The notes under the pieces were generated by a model. The model saw only the letters and a list, made by a program, of their open reading frames with translations. It had not been told where the DNA came from and searched no databases. Below, piece by piece: positions 28,451 through 42,929 of a stretch of 64,000 nucleotides of DNA (position 1 is its first letter; the number at the start of each line of letters is the position of its first letter). The DNA comes from Eledone cirrhosa. Lineage: Eukaryota. A program made the translations under genes and the position numbers. The stretch is taken from NCBI GenBank assembly GCA_964016885.1, contig OZ024745.1, forward strand, positions 24,056,001 to 24,120,000. The letters are read 5' to 3'.

Positions 28451-28864
28451 GCTAAAATGAATGAGAAAAAGCAAAATGAGAAAAAGCAAAATGAATGCTT
28501 CACCTTCGAAAGAGGGATGACTCAAGAAGAAAGATTTAATTGATTCCTATCTCGCGAAATGTATACCTTTATGCCTGTATATTTTGAGTTCAATTTAAAA
28601 CAAGGCAAAATTTACATCCACCGCGTTCACTAAATTAAGTATCAGTCGAATGGTGAAGTCGATTACAACCTGTGCACCCGTCCCCCACATTTTATGGCAT
28701 TGTGCTAGTGTTAGACATCATTAGAGGCTAGTGGAGGGCAAATTCAGTAGAAAGCCGGACACAATGACTTGTAATATTTAGTTTCGTTTCAGTTTGATTT
28801 ACACAGTGGTCGAGTTAATCTTTCATACATCCTGGGTTCACACACAAGGCACCAGTCATACAAG

Positions 28865-29052
28865 TGGGTTTGAAATGTTCATAGGCTAATTATGAAAGAG
28901 GGATGCTAGAGTTATGAAATTTTGCATGCATTAATTTCACTTCTTATTAATAACTGATTGTTTCTTTTCAGGGACTATGTAGAAAAATAAACCTCATTTG
29001 GTAATTCCATGAGAGTATCTTCGTCAGCCTATGCATTTTTCAAGTGGCCAGC
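28865..29052. mobile_element. Tc1/mariner-type MITE, degenerate copy
   Basis: Homologous to 13368-13567. Confidence 0.7.
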
Positions 29053-29554
29053 CTACAATTGGGTCGATTAGTTTGACTATATCTCTTAACCACAGTTTTT
29101 TTAACTTGCGTTTATTGTAAAAATCATTGTTGTTACGGCTGTTAGTGTTTAGCGTTAGATCAATACTGATCGAAGGCATTGTATTGATAACCATCCCATT
29201 TTTTCAGCTATTGTATACTACGAACAACAATTACTTAATGTGCCTTAAAAAAGAAATACGTTAGGGTATGACTTGAAAGATTTAGCTGCTATTTCTAGTA
29301 GGTCTTGTTGAATGCCTTACTGTGTTTGCTGGCATAGCGAACTTGATTGCTAGGGTGTTTTTCTTCTTATGTGCTATGATATTACTACTTGTAGTCAGTT
29401 TGATATATTCATATTGCTACTAGGTATCGAGATATCAACACTGTTAACATCGCTTGAAATTGTGTAGGTGATAACTAATGTCATTTAAAGATGTTAGAGA
29501 GTTGATGAGTGAGGGCTATCACACATAGTTTTACACACGTACATGCATATATAT

Positions 29555-29591
<37 letters not shown>

Positions 29592-29649
29592 CTATATAAT
29601 ATCTCTCTATCTATATACACATCTATATATCTGTGTATATATATATATG

Positions 29650-29732
<83 letters not shown>

Positions 29733-29740
29733 ATAATAAT

Positions 29741-30003
29741 AATAATTGTTTCTACTTTAGGCACAAGGCCAGCAATTACCCAGTGCATTACTGGTACTTT
29801 ATTTTATCGACCCCGTAAAATAATTGTTTCTACTTTAGGCACAAGGCCAGCAAATTACCCAGTGCATTACTGGTACTTTATTTTATCGACCCCATAAGGA
29901 TGAAAGGCAAAGTCAACCTTGGCGGGATTTGAACTCAGATCGTAAAGGGACGTAACTATGCTGGAAAGCATGGCGTCCGACCCTCTACCGATACTGCCAA
30001 TCC
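29741..30003 (-). mobile_element. Meta/MESC-type SINE with duplicated 3' end
   Basis: Full head plus tandem duplication of the ~78 bp tail. Confidence 0.9.
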
Positions 30004-30015
30004 AATAATAATAAT

Positions 30016-30695
30016 TTTTACAAGGAGGAGGCTAGCCCACTGTGCAGGATCTGTGGAGAGAGAGAGGAGACTGTGGCTCACATTGTATCCGAGTGTAAAC
30101 ACCTAGCCCAGACTCACTATAAGTGCTGGAGACATGATGTGATAGGCAGGGTGATCCACTGGCATTTATGCAAAGTAAACAATTTACCACATTCTGAGAA
30201 GTGGTATGAGCATAAGCCAGAGTCGGTGATAGAAAACGATCAGGTGAAGGTGCTGTGGGATTTTAGGATACAGACGGACAAGAAACTGAAACACAATAGA
30301 CCTGACCTGGTGGTTTTGGATAAAGAAAAAAGATCGTGCCTGATTGTGGATGTGGCCTGCCCATTCGACACGGGAGTGCAAGAAAAGGAGAAGGAGAAAA
30401 TTAACCGATACCAGGACTTAAAGTGGGAGGTAAAAAGGATTTGGAACTGCCATGAATTCAAAGTGGTCCCGATTGTCATAGGCGCACTAGGGACTATCTC
30501 AAAAGGGTTCCAAGGATGGTTAAAGAAAATTGGTCCCGCCCCGCTTTTTGGAACACTTCAAAAGGCATACTTGCTGGGAACAGCAAGAATCCTCCGATAC
30601 GTCCTGAATATCTGAGGCTGCAGGTAGTGGCTTGATATTCTTTCAACAAACTTTCCAGTTAAATAACATCAATGACTGAGACTCAAAGAAAAATA

Positions 30696-30729
<34 letters not shown>
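30016..30729 (+). mobile_element. 5'-truncated Dong/R4-clade LINE (CCHC zinc knuckle plus restriction-like endonuclease)
   Basis: Open frame to the stop at 30615: CRICGEREETVAHIVSEC..RHD..WD..HNRPDLVV..IVDVACPFD..EK..Y..VPIVIGALG; (TAA)n on both sides. Confidence 0.9.
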
Positions 30730-30988
30730 GGACGATTTGTTATGTCTTCATTAAGTTTATTGAGTAGTGACGCGCGTTTCGCTATTGATCAGTTATGCAC
30801 TCCTACAACATTAGCCTCGAAAGACCTCATCCAATCTTCTGTCTATTCTCAGAAACAATCCATATATATATATATATTCTTTTATTCTTTTGTTCTTTTA
30901 TTGATTTACTGAGCATTGCTTTAGTCGAGTGAACGACCCTAGATATTTGTACTTATTTTATCGATCTCTTTGTTGTATAAACGCTAAG

Positions 30989-31043
<55 letters not shown>

Positions 31044-31121
31044 ATATAATATATATATATATATAAATAAGATATATATATATAAATAAATATATATATA
31101 AATATTATATATATATATAAA

Positions 31122-31158
<37 letters not shown>

Positions 31159-31227
31159 AATATTATATATATATTATATATATATATATATATAGTATAT
31201 ATATAATAATATATATATATAAGATAA

Positions 31228-31260
<33 letters not shown>

Positions 31261-31266
31261 AATATA

Positions 31267-31337
<71 letters not shown>

Positions 31338-31705
31338 TATTGAAGTTTCCGTTGAAAATTGAAAAAGTCATAGAAGTGAAGAGTGCTCTATGTAAGTTAC
31401 AGAGCTAAATTTAATGTATAATAAACAATACAATATAATTACCATTGTATTGTTTAATTATATATATATATATATATATATGTTTTTGTGTTAAGTATTT
31501 CCGTAGAAAAAGTAAAGGAAAAAAGAGTGCTCTATGTATTGTACAGAGCTATGTAATTACATAACAAACAATAATACAATTATTTCATTACCTAATGTTT
31601 CAAGAAACCAGATGTTGATTATGTCATTGTATATATATATAATTTTTAAAAATTTAAATAACAGATTAAAGTTTAGTCTTCACATTTATTATTATTACTA
31701 TATAT

Positions 31706-31897
31706 GGGCGGGTGGATTGGCAGTATCGGTGGAGGGTCGGACGCCATGCTTTCCAGCATAGTTACGTCCCTTTACGATCTGAGTTCAAATCCCGCCGAGG
31801 TTGACTTTGCCTTTCATCCTTACGGGGTCGATAAAATAAAGTACCAGTAATGCACTGGATAATTGCTGGCCTTGTGCCAAAAAGTAGAAACAATTAT
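31706..31897 (+). mobile_element. Meta/MESC-type SINE, full length
   Basis: A/B boxes and conserved body. Confidence 0.9.
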
Positions 31898-32606
31898 TAC
31901 TATATATATATATATACAACGGACTCGGGTAGTTTCTGCCTCCCAAATTCCGCACGAATATTGTGCAATCCCAATACTTTCAATCATGTTTGAAAAACTC
32001 GTTAATGTTTTGGTCATCCAACAATCCAAATATTTCATGGTTGCTAAACCAAAGCAATATGTCAATTAATTTATCCACGTTTAAATTAAACGTATTATCT
32101 ATGCAGCAATAGCTGAATATCTCTTGGCATTACATCAGCGAACTCTACAAAGGTTTCCAACACTGCTGATATCGATGCACTTTGTGCTTCACTTGCATCT
32201 CTGTACATTGATGCTTATAGGGTAAATAACTGAACAACCATTTCAGAAGGATACAGACCTGCAATGATTGCTAAAAGTATCCAGTACGTCGTTTAGGGGG
32301 TGTAAAATGAAATAGAAAAGTGATGTGTACCTTGATACTTCTGAGGAAAAGAAGATTTGAAGGATTTGGATCATGCATCTTGTTTCCATGTGAAAAAATG
32401 TCCATATTAATGTCGGGCCGAAACACTTGCTTGAGGTGGGGGTTCCTTCTCTGAAGACATTCTGCTGACCTGCTCTCCTTAGAGTTTCTTACGACCATTC
32501 CTCTATAATTCTTAAATTCTATGAATAAATTAGTTTCAAATTGTCGTCATCAAAACAAATTTATTCTAAGGAACTATATTTTACCAGCACGTATAATGTA
32601 TTCTAG

Positions 32607-32926
32607 CGGCGGCGAATTGGCAGAGTCTTTAGAAAGTAAGTCAGAATTCTTTGAGGTATTCGTTTCAGCTCTCTGAGTTCTAGTCCCCGCGAGGTCCATT
32701 TAACCTTTCATCCATTAGAGGTCGATAGAAAAAGTAAAAGACTGGGGTTGTTTATTCCTCTATATTTCCTTCTCATTTTCATTTTTTCATTCTCTATCTT
32801 TTTCTGGAAGAAACCTGCTGTATTCATATCTGGAGGGGAGTTGGGTTCCGTCGAGTTTTTTAAAATGCCCTAGAAACACCTTATGTCAATACGGCGTCCT
32901 TACAACTCCTCCCTTAGGAGTTACGA
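32607..32926 (+). mobile_element. Old SINE head fused to a distinct ~120 bp 3' segment
   Basis: Same composite at 59897-60185 (ctgctgtattca...aaaatgccctagaaacacc.tatgtcaatacg). Confidence 0.6.
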
Positions 32927-33119
32927 GATTAAGAGAAATTATATATTATTGAATTAAACATACAGTATATTGCCAAATATACTATACATACATTCATGTA
33001 TACAACGCTATTTCAGAGCACCAATCCTAATACCTAATTTATGCTGGACCGGCAATCGCTCTGTATAATCAGTTCCTGATTATTACTGGAATTCTATAAG
33101 AATCCAGCAGGAGGTGCGT

Positions 33120-33161
33120 AGCTCTGAAGTACGCCATCCAGCGCGAAACAGACTGTTAGCT
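33120..33161 (+). ncRNA. Variant minimal hammerhead-like motif
   Basis: AGCU CUGAAGU A CGC CAUCCA GCG C GAAA CAGACU GUU AGCU; deviates at A9; lies between direct repeats aattaaacatac(a/g)gtata at 32952 and 33260. Confidence 0.55.
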
Positions 33162-33777
33162 TCTCTCCCTTCTTTCGCCGAAAAGAAGTAAATGACATAG
33201 TCACTACTGTAAAACCGCTTTAAATGCTTTTATGCTTTTAATTGCTTCTAAATGCTTTTAATTAAACATACGGTATACTATACATATAATATATTATAAT
33301 TTGGTACGTGGAATTATTTGACATTCTGTCATTTTTTTTATTCCTTGTAATTCTGTAAATACCATATGAAGGTACAATCTCCCCTTTCCTAACCTTCAAC
33401 TAGTGACAAAGAATGTCTATTTGCTAAGTACTGTTCAAAATATCTGGCAGAAGAATTGAACATTCGTTAAATTGACTTCTACTTCACATAAAACAAATTG
33501 AAATTCATTAACATGACTTCCCCTTTTCTCATGTAAATACATGAGTAAAAAAATAAAGTAAACTGAAATAGATAGTAGAATTTGGTGGGAGGGGCAGAAT
33601 GGGGGAGAAGTAAAACGTTTGGCGTTGGGAAAGAATGGGAGAAGCAGAAGAAAATGATAAAGGGCAAAAGGAGAAAGAGAACAAAATCAAAGCTGGGAGA
33701 TCAGAAAGAGAACGTGGAGAAAAGAAGAAAGTGAAAGAGATTAACGAAATGGAGGTAAATGCTACCTTTAAAGGTAC

Positions 33778-33844
<67 letters not shown>

Positions 33845-34869
33845 GGTGGATGAGCGCACACGACTTAGTGGAGGTTATGAGTTCGCTTCGCAGACCGAAC
33901 AAGGCACTTTATTTCATGTTGCTCCACTTTACTCACCTGTAGTAATTACGACATACTGGTGACAAGCTGCATCGGCCATTGCTTTAACTTGGTAACGTGG
34001 AGAAAATAGACTGCCGCTTGCAACCCCTTGCAGAAAATAATTATGTAAAGTCTCTTTAATACCAACAATAATTATTCGCTGCCTACCTATATTAATCCCA
34101 GTACCTGTCCCGCTGGCGGAAATTAACTGACTAAATCTATAGTGTACAATTCTTTCGTAACTGTACATTTAAACTTTAAATGCATAAACTTGATTGACAG
34201 TGAATAAATTCCTGAACAAATTTTGTTCCACGAATTTATCAAAGTACAGTTGTTTTTAAAGAAATCCTGCCAAGCGCCTTTTAAAATATATTCCGTTATT
34301 TCGGAATATGTTAGCTCTTACAAACATTTCCACCGCTCAAGTTTCAGTTGGGCTTTCTGTTTAACGGAGAAACCCACTATTTTATTCTAGCAATCACACC
34401 CATTAAATCAAAAATCCAAATTGCTAAATTCTTGCAAACACGCTTCGCTATTATTAATGTGTAACCTTTGACAACCTAATGGTCAAAGTCTTTACTGATC
34501 TATTTCGTTGAAATATGAATCTTAACCGCTATCTGTATTTCACATATCGATTATTTATTAATGAATTTTTTCAGTTTTTCATTATAGTTATCTCACGCAG
34601 TAATAACTATTAGACGCATGCGCTGAATATCTATATATTTTTGTGTGTGTATTTAATTTCAAATATTAACAAAATATTTTCTTATGACTTTCCTCTCGTT
34701 CGTACCATTCTGTTTTCAAGATGTCTTCACTTTTTTATGCATATCTTCTAAATATCGTCTTTTTTCCACAACCTTCTATCTCTCTTCCTTCTGTTACATT
34801 ATTTTGTCATCCTCTTTTTTTTTTAATTCTTGTATCAATTTTTTTCTACTGCCCCCCCCCCCCCTCTCT

Positions 34870-34941
<72 letters not shown>

Positions 34942-34997
34942 CAAAGAATATATTTAGATATTAGACAAAGAAGTGAGACAAAATAGAAAAAGTATAC

Positions 34998-35029
<32 letters not shown>

Positions 35030-35243
35030 CTTTTTCTATTTTGTCTCACTTCTTTTGTCCTCTTTCTCTCATCTCTTTGCTCTGCATCTCTCAATTTTTT
35101 CCGTCCAAACGTTTTATTTAACCTTCTCACTCTTCGTAACGACACACACACACATATATACACATATATATATTTAAAATTTGTGTCAGTAGTATACTTT
35201 ACATTCGGTTAGTCTGCACCTTATTTAAGATATATATATATAT

Positions 35244-35301
35244 AAGTGGTAACACAACAGTTAGTTCTCGGTATGGTGAACTAACTGTTGTGTTACCACT
35301 T
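35244..35301. repeat. Perfect 24 bp stem hairpin
   Basis: aagtggtaacacaacagttagttc tcggtatggt gaactaactgttgtgttaccactt. Confidence 0.9.
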
Positions 35302-35366
35302 CTACCTAGCTGGTCCCATCGACTGAGTGCTTTACCTCTACGGATATTACCTTCCAGTGTTCTACC

Positions 35367-35409
<43 letters not shown>

Positions 35410-35422
35410 ATATATATATACT

Positions 35423-35454
<32 letters not shown>

Positions 35455-35489
35455 CTATATATTAATATATATATATATATATATATATA

Positions 35490-36165
35490 CCAGACCTGTG
35501 CAACGGGCGTATTTCCCACCCACCTCGAGGTGTGTGAGAGATGTCTTCTCTTGTGAAAATGGGTATAGCTTTCATTATGTAAAATCTCCCTATTTTGCTT
35601 CATGTCTCCCCGTTTTGGAGGCACTTCATTTTCATGTTACTCCCCGTTTGGGTGTTAGAGCTTGGAAGGTCTGATATACTAGCGTCTTCCCCGGCCTTCA
35701 TCCCGGTGTGTAGTGTGCTCGAATCTATTCATAAGGCATCTATTGTCATCTGTCATAGTTTCCCAATTTACTTAGAATAAAAGATGTTAAAATGTAATTA
35801 AATATTGCATAACATAATTTCAAAACATTATTAAAACACAGAAAGTAATAAAGAAACATTTTACAGTATATACAATGATTTTTAGCGTCGATAGATTTAT
35901 AGGTCTGGCTACCTCCAGGGATCATTTGCGAGAGATTTTTATTGATGGCATTCATTGAGATGTTTCGGTGGGGCAAGGATTGCTCTTTCACAAAGCCACT
36001 CCTTATTGGAATGTTGAATTTGGAAATGGAGGAACACTTAATCAATTAAGCTTACCGCTCTTTCCACAACAGTACAACAAGATAAAGGATCAAAACACCC
36101 TTCAGAATCAAGGAATTGCTTTTCTATTAATTCAAACGTCTGAGAGGTGCTTATCTGTAACTCCG
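35490..36165 (-). mobile_element. Helitron remnant with frameshifted Pif1-helicase fragment
   Basis: ~35885-36160 translates to VF..EWLCERAILAP / RNISMNAINKNLSQMIPGGSQTYKSID; possible CTGG|T 3' end at 35490. Confidence 0.7.
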
Positions 36166-36321
36166 AATGCCCCCCCCCCTCTCCCCTTCCGACCTCTTTT
36201 ATTTCACACTGAAGAAATCTCCGAGACAGGGAGAATCCGAGGGTCCCCACCCCCATTTCATTTTCGGAAAAGAAGGTGATTGTATCCATGCCGGAGGTTG
36301 GATTAGTTGAAACCACACGAT

Positions 36322-36521
36322 NNNNNNNNNNNNNNNNNNNNNNNNNNNNNNNNNNNNNNNNNNNNNNNNNNNNNNNNNNNNNNNNNNNNNNNNNNNNNNN
36401 NNNNNNNNNNNNNNNNNNNNNNNNNNNNNNNNNNNNNNNNNNNNNNNNNNNNNNNNNNNNNNNNNNNNNNNNNNNNNNNNNNNNNNNNNNNNNNNNNNNN
36501 NNNNNNNNNNNNNNNNNNNNN
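36322..36521. other. Assembly gap (200 N)
   Basis: Run of n. Confidence 1.
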
Positions 36522-36939
36522 GGTCAAACAACTTCGATGTGCGATAAACATAACATGTACATAAATTGTAGCGCATATCCAAATAGATGTGTGTTTTGGT
36601 AGTTTGGGGAGAAAATATAATTATTGGAGATGGGGGGGGGGGAGATCCCCCCCCCCCAGTTCCACCGTTACTTTATGTATATAATTTAAAAGATATTGTG
36701 ACAATCCTGTTTTAACATCTTTACCTAAAGCTTGGATACCCTTAGTGGATTTCATTCAGTTGTAAATATTGGGGCTCTGAAATTATCCCAGATGGTGCCT
36801 CATCCTCATCCTCTTATTAAGCCATTAAAAAAAGAGGAATAATTCGATAACTTAATCTTAAATGAGATAGTAGCGACTGGAACGTCGCCCAGGTGAAACT
36901 ATGGCAGGTGTGGCGGGTCAAACGACAACAATAATAACA

Positions 36940-37119
36940 ATAATTGTTTCTACTTTTGGCACAAGGCCATCAATTACCCAGTACATTACTGGTACTTTAT
37001 TTTATCGACCCTCCGTAAGGATGAAAGGCAAAGTTAACCTCGGCGGGATTTGAACTCAGACCGCAAAGGGACGTAAATATGCTGGAAAGCATGGCGTCCG
37101 ACCCTCTACGATACTGCCA
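36940..37119 (-). mobile_element. Meta/MESC-type SINE
   Basis: Matches the consensus. Confidence 0.9.
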
Positions 37120-38194
37120 ATAACGATAATAATATGTACTAGTAACATACTGGAACAGATTCAATGAAGTATACAACCTACCTTATGAATCTGTAGACCT
37201 TTTGTTATAATTGGAATCCATCAGCCACAACAAGAACAACATATAAAGAATGACTAAGATGTTACTATTCAGAGAGAGAAGAGCATTGCCTACGACACTT
37301 CCCAGTATTTCTAAGAAGAAGAGAGGGAGAATGGAAGATATCCACAAACCGGGGACCTTACCCGGATGCTTGTTAAAGATACCCTAAAATATTGGTACTT
37401 TATTTTATCAACCCCAGAATGATGAAGGGCAATGATTTAAACTCAGACGTAGAACAGTGCAACTAGATACCAATACTGCCAATCAACTGCCCTATATTTA
37501 ATGTTAATAAAGGTTTCTGATTTAGGCACTAGAACAACAATTTTGGGGGAAGGAAATGACGATTAAATAGACCCCAATGCGTAACTGGTTCTTTATTTTA
37601 TCGACCTCATAAAGATGAGGTAGGGGTCGAAACTGCCAAAGTCCAACTCACTGCCGATGACCCTGGAGTTCTGAGTCCTTCGTTTGTATGATTATTTTTA
37701 AAATATAATTTTTTAAGGTTACCCCTAAGAATTTTTATTTCGTTTTGTCTTGAATCCGTTCGTTGTCTTGTCCTCTCTTTATTACCTTTTTAATGTTTAT
37801 AAATCAATAATATCTGATATAGAAGCAAGGACAAACACTCACGGGATGGTATAGTTGATTAGATCGATGCCAGTACTTATTTCTGGGTAGTATTTATTTA
37901 TCGATCAGTATTTTTATCGAACTACTATGTCACATTTTTGAGACGATATGCATTTCTTTTTACACTGCTATACCAACACAGGCACATATACATACGTACG
38001 CCCTAATACGCACACACATGGTTATGTATGTATGCATGTATGTATGTATATGGTTATTTCCAGTGTTATATTCTATATTTGGTGTCTGTAAAGAAGATAT
38101 TCTTGCACTGTTTTGAGGTAACATATGCCTTGCACGCAGCCATAAAACCTATTTTATTGTCTATGTGAAAACCTTAATAATCGAGCTTCTTGTT

Positions 38195-38255
<61 letters not shown>

Positions 38256-39706
38256 ACTGCTATTACTCCAGTGAGTTCACAAGCACCCAGCAACAAACAC
38301 CCTAAACCGAGCACCAATCTGTACTCATTATTCCTGCCAACTTAAACCTCACTTGACCCTCCGAATTCGGCAAACCAAATGCGGACAACCACCTTCTCCA
38401 ACTCGACATACGTAACGGGACCGTAACTACCACCAAATCGGGAAGTGATACGTTATCAAGCTGCAGCTATCATATTACATAGTTTCTATTTAATAATACC
38501 AAAAAGTATAATTATCTGCAGCGACTACCACCCAATTATGTAATAGACCGTGCTCCACCTTTTCCCGTTCTCTCTCGACTTTAAACCCTCAAACTATTCT
38601 TCTAGATAACGTGATGCCGCTCAAAGGGAACTCTAGTTCGTACAACACAACATAAAAGTCATAACAATACCAAAGCCATTGAAGAAATAAGTGAAGTTAA
38701 CCAAAGATGAATATCACACAATACCATTTGAAAATGCGGCGTAAAAAGCAAAATCCTCAATGTCATTATTTAGATACATATAAATATAAACACACACACG
38801 AATAAAAAACGCAATTAAGCTTACATTATACAAACACAAACTCACATGTACAAATAAGATCAACTACGCAAACAGATTTGCAAAATTATTTAACAAAATC
38901 GACCCCGGTGCATAACTGGTATTTTATTTTATCGACCCCATAAGGATGAAAGTCAAAGCTAACTTCGGCGGGATTTGAACCCAGATTAGTGTCCACCATT
39001 TAAGAATGTGTCTATTCTTTATGGCTAACGCAAAGAAAGGACATAACGGCAGAAGGAACCAAGAAAGAAAGAAAACAATGACATTAGCCACCCCTTCACC
39101 TATAGTTCTTATCACTACTTTCATTCTCGGTATTTGGTCAAATCAATAAAGTAGGAATTCCTATAAATTTATTACTTCAAAACAAAATGCTAAATGTCCC
39201 TTATATAGGTCAAATCGGCCATATTTATACGTTTATGTATTTTAGTTGTTTTATGAGCAAGTATCTAGCAATTTCTAGAGTCTCGTACCTATTTGCTGCC
39301 TACATGAAATTGGCGTTGGAATGTGATTCTAGTGTCTTTGAGTATTGGTCATTTTAACATGCTGATAAACACGCCTTTAGTTCTTAATTATTCTTTCATT
39401 TATGTTGTATTATTACTGCTTATGAAGCCGAGTGCATTTACTGCAAATGATTCAGTGCTACTGATCTTGTGTTAGTACGCTGTTCAACTTATTTGCTCAA
39501 TATGCAGAGATACAACTAATGTCTGGTAAAGTTTCGCTTTATGTTTCTTCAGTCTGAGTACAAATCACACCGGGTTCCATTCAACTTTTAATTCCTCTGT
39601 TGTTAATACAATAAATAATAGTGAACTCTGTTTCACTGTCTTGTAGCTTCCTTATATGTTTGGGGACTGTTACACATGTGAAAAGGTACTTATTTTTAAA
39701 AGAGAA

Positions 39707-39886
39707 ATAATTGTTTCTACTTTAGGTACAAGGCCAGCAATTACCCAGTACATTACTGGTACTTTATTTTATCGACCCCATAAGGATGAAAGGCAAAGTC
39801 AACCTTGGCGGGATTTGAACTCAGACCGTAAAGGGACGTAACTATGCTAGAAAGCATGGCGTCAAACCCTCTACAGATACTGCCAA
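39707..39886 (-). mobile_element. Meta/MESC-type SINE
   Basis: Matches the consensus. Confidence 0.9.
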
Positions 39887-39892
39887 TAATAT

Positions 39893-40071
<179 letters not shown>

Positions 40072-40178
40072 ATGTTAGTGTCTTTTTTATTAATATACAC
40101 GGGTAAAAATATAGGAAAAAAGTTGAAAATGTAATTGTTTATATCTTTACCGGATAGAGATGTTGTGTCGATATGCCT

Positions 40179-40227
<49 letters not shown>

Positions 40228-40642
40228 TTGAAAAAGTTTCCCGCCGCGTGGCAATGATCATACAAAAATAATACAAAAGTTGGTTGAAGACCATGGAAAA
40301 ATGGACGGAACAAAGGACAATTCTTTCTCATCAGTTGACCGCTGAAAGTTCTCGTGGTTTCGATGTAAAAAAACATACAACTACATCTAGTGTATATGAG
40401 ACAGTAACGAATGGACATAAGACAGGACGATCGGTCATTCGATTACAATTAAATATAATTTGTTACAAACCAAGGGCTTGCAACTGGAAACAAAGCCCAA
40501 CGTATTAGAAAGAATGTAGAGAAGGCGAAGTGAGAACAATATTGGATGTAAGTCCTATATAGACAAACACAACGAACAAAGGGAGAGAGTGAGTGGGAGA
40601 GAGATGGAGAGAAAGAGAGGGGGTGAGAGAGAAAGAGAGAGG

Positions 40643-40689
<47 letters not shown>

Positions 40690-40873
40690 GGTGCGAAAAA
40701 GAAAAAGGACAGGGAAGGCAGGCGGCTTAAAGTTTAAATGCATATCAATTTAGAAAAGTGTCCCAGGTGGCCCGGATCATACATATATATATGTATACAT
40801 ACATATATATATACACATATATATATATATGTATGTATATATATATGTATATATATATATATATATACATATA

Positions 40874-40918
<45 letters not shown>

Positions 40919-40926
40919 ACATACAT

Positions 40927-40961
<35 letters not shown>

Positions 40962-41110
40962 CACACACACATATATATATACCTATATATATATATACAA
41001 ATATATGTATGTATATATATATGTATGTATGTATACATATATATATATTTATGTATGTTAGCATGTACTACAGCTTATGTTTCTCTCTCCTTGTGTGTGT
41101 GTGTGTGTGT

Positions 41111-41158
<48 letters not shown>

Positions 41159-41484
41159 CTGTGTGTTTGTGTGTCTGTGTGTCTGTGTATATGAGATACC
41201 GAATGAGAGGTGGAGGGAGGTGAGAGTACGTGCTAGCTATCGTAACTACTTGATATAGATGATAATGTGTCTTTAAAAAAATCGATGGATCGATAAATGC
41301 CCCTGTTTGCACTCCCGCCCACCTCCACCCTTTATCCCCCCTCCACCCACCCCCCTATTCCTCCGCCATCGCCACACCACCGCCGTTTCCGCTGACAAGC
41401 ATACAGAAAGAAAGTAAAAAAAGAAACGACAGTAAAAAGAGGAAAAGGGAGAGAACTGAAGAAAGAAACCAACCATCAACCATT

Positions 41485-42500
41485 GTATACACTCATACAC
41501 ATATATACGTACACGTACACACATATACGTACACACACATACACGTATACACTCATACACATATATACGTAGACGTACATACATATACATACACACACAT
41601 ACACGTATACACTCATACACATATATACGTACACGTACACACATATACGTACACACACATACACGTATACACTCATACACATATATACGTACACGTACAC
41701 ACATATACGTACACACACATACACGTATACACTCATACACATATATACGTACACGTACACACATATACGTACACACACATACACGTATACACTCATACAC
41801 ATATATACGTACACGTACACACATATACGTACACACACATACACGTACACACTCATACACATATATACGTACACGTACACACATATACGTACACACACAT
41901 ACACGTATACACTCATACACATATATACGTAGACGTACATACATATACATACACACACATACACGTACACACTCATACACATATATACGTACACGTACAC
42001 ACATATACGTACACACACATACACGTATACACTCATACAAATATATACGTACACGTACACACATATACGTACACACACATACACGTATACACTCATACAC
42101 ACATATACGTACACGTACACACATATACGTACAAACACATACACGTACACACTCATACACATATATACGTACACGTACATGTACACACATATACGTACAC
42201 ACACATACACGTAAACACACATACACATATATACGTACATGTACACACATATACGTACACACACATACACGTACACACTCATACACATATATGCGTACAC
42301 GTACACACATATACGTACACACACATACACGTACACACTCATACACATATATACGTACACGTACATACATATACGTACATACACATACACGTATACACAC
42401 ATACACATATATACGTACACGTACACACGTATACGTACGTACACACACATACACGTACACACTCATACACATATATACGTACACGTACACACATAAACGT
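41485..42500. repeat. 60 bp minisatellite built from CA/TA/ACGT words
   Basis: Consecutive 60-nt lines 41521-42121 are almost identical. Confidence 0.95.
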
Positions 42501-42929
42501 ATACGTACATATACACATATACGTACACGTACACATACAAACATATACGAACACAGACATATACGTACACGTACACATACACTGGTACACGTACACACGC
42601 ATACACAAATGCAGACACATGCGTATATATACACAGATATACACACATAAACACAGATATACGCATATACACAGATAGACACACACACATATATACATAT
42701 ACGTACACATACATATACACAGATACACGTACAGACACATACACATGCGCATATATATAGAGAGATACACTCACATAAACACATATACGCATAGACACAC
42801 ATAGACATACACACACATAAACATACACATATACACACACATACGCATATATACACATACACACACACATACACAGCTACACACACATACGTACACACAC
42901 ACATACACACACATACAGACACATACGCA

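Noticed and set aside
31920-34450. Possible DNA transposase remnants at 31920-32500 and 33990-34450
   Set aside because: Only vague motif resemblance by eye; needs a translated profile search
37620-37670. Possible type II hammerhead (GGGUC GAAAC..GUC..CCGAUGACCC)
   Set aside because: Core is mutated and overlaps stem II; stem I only 2 bp
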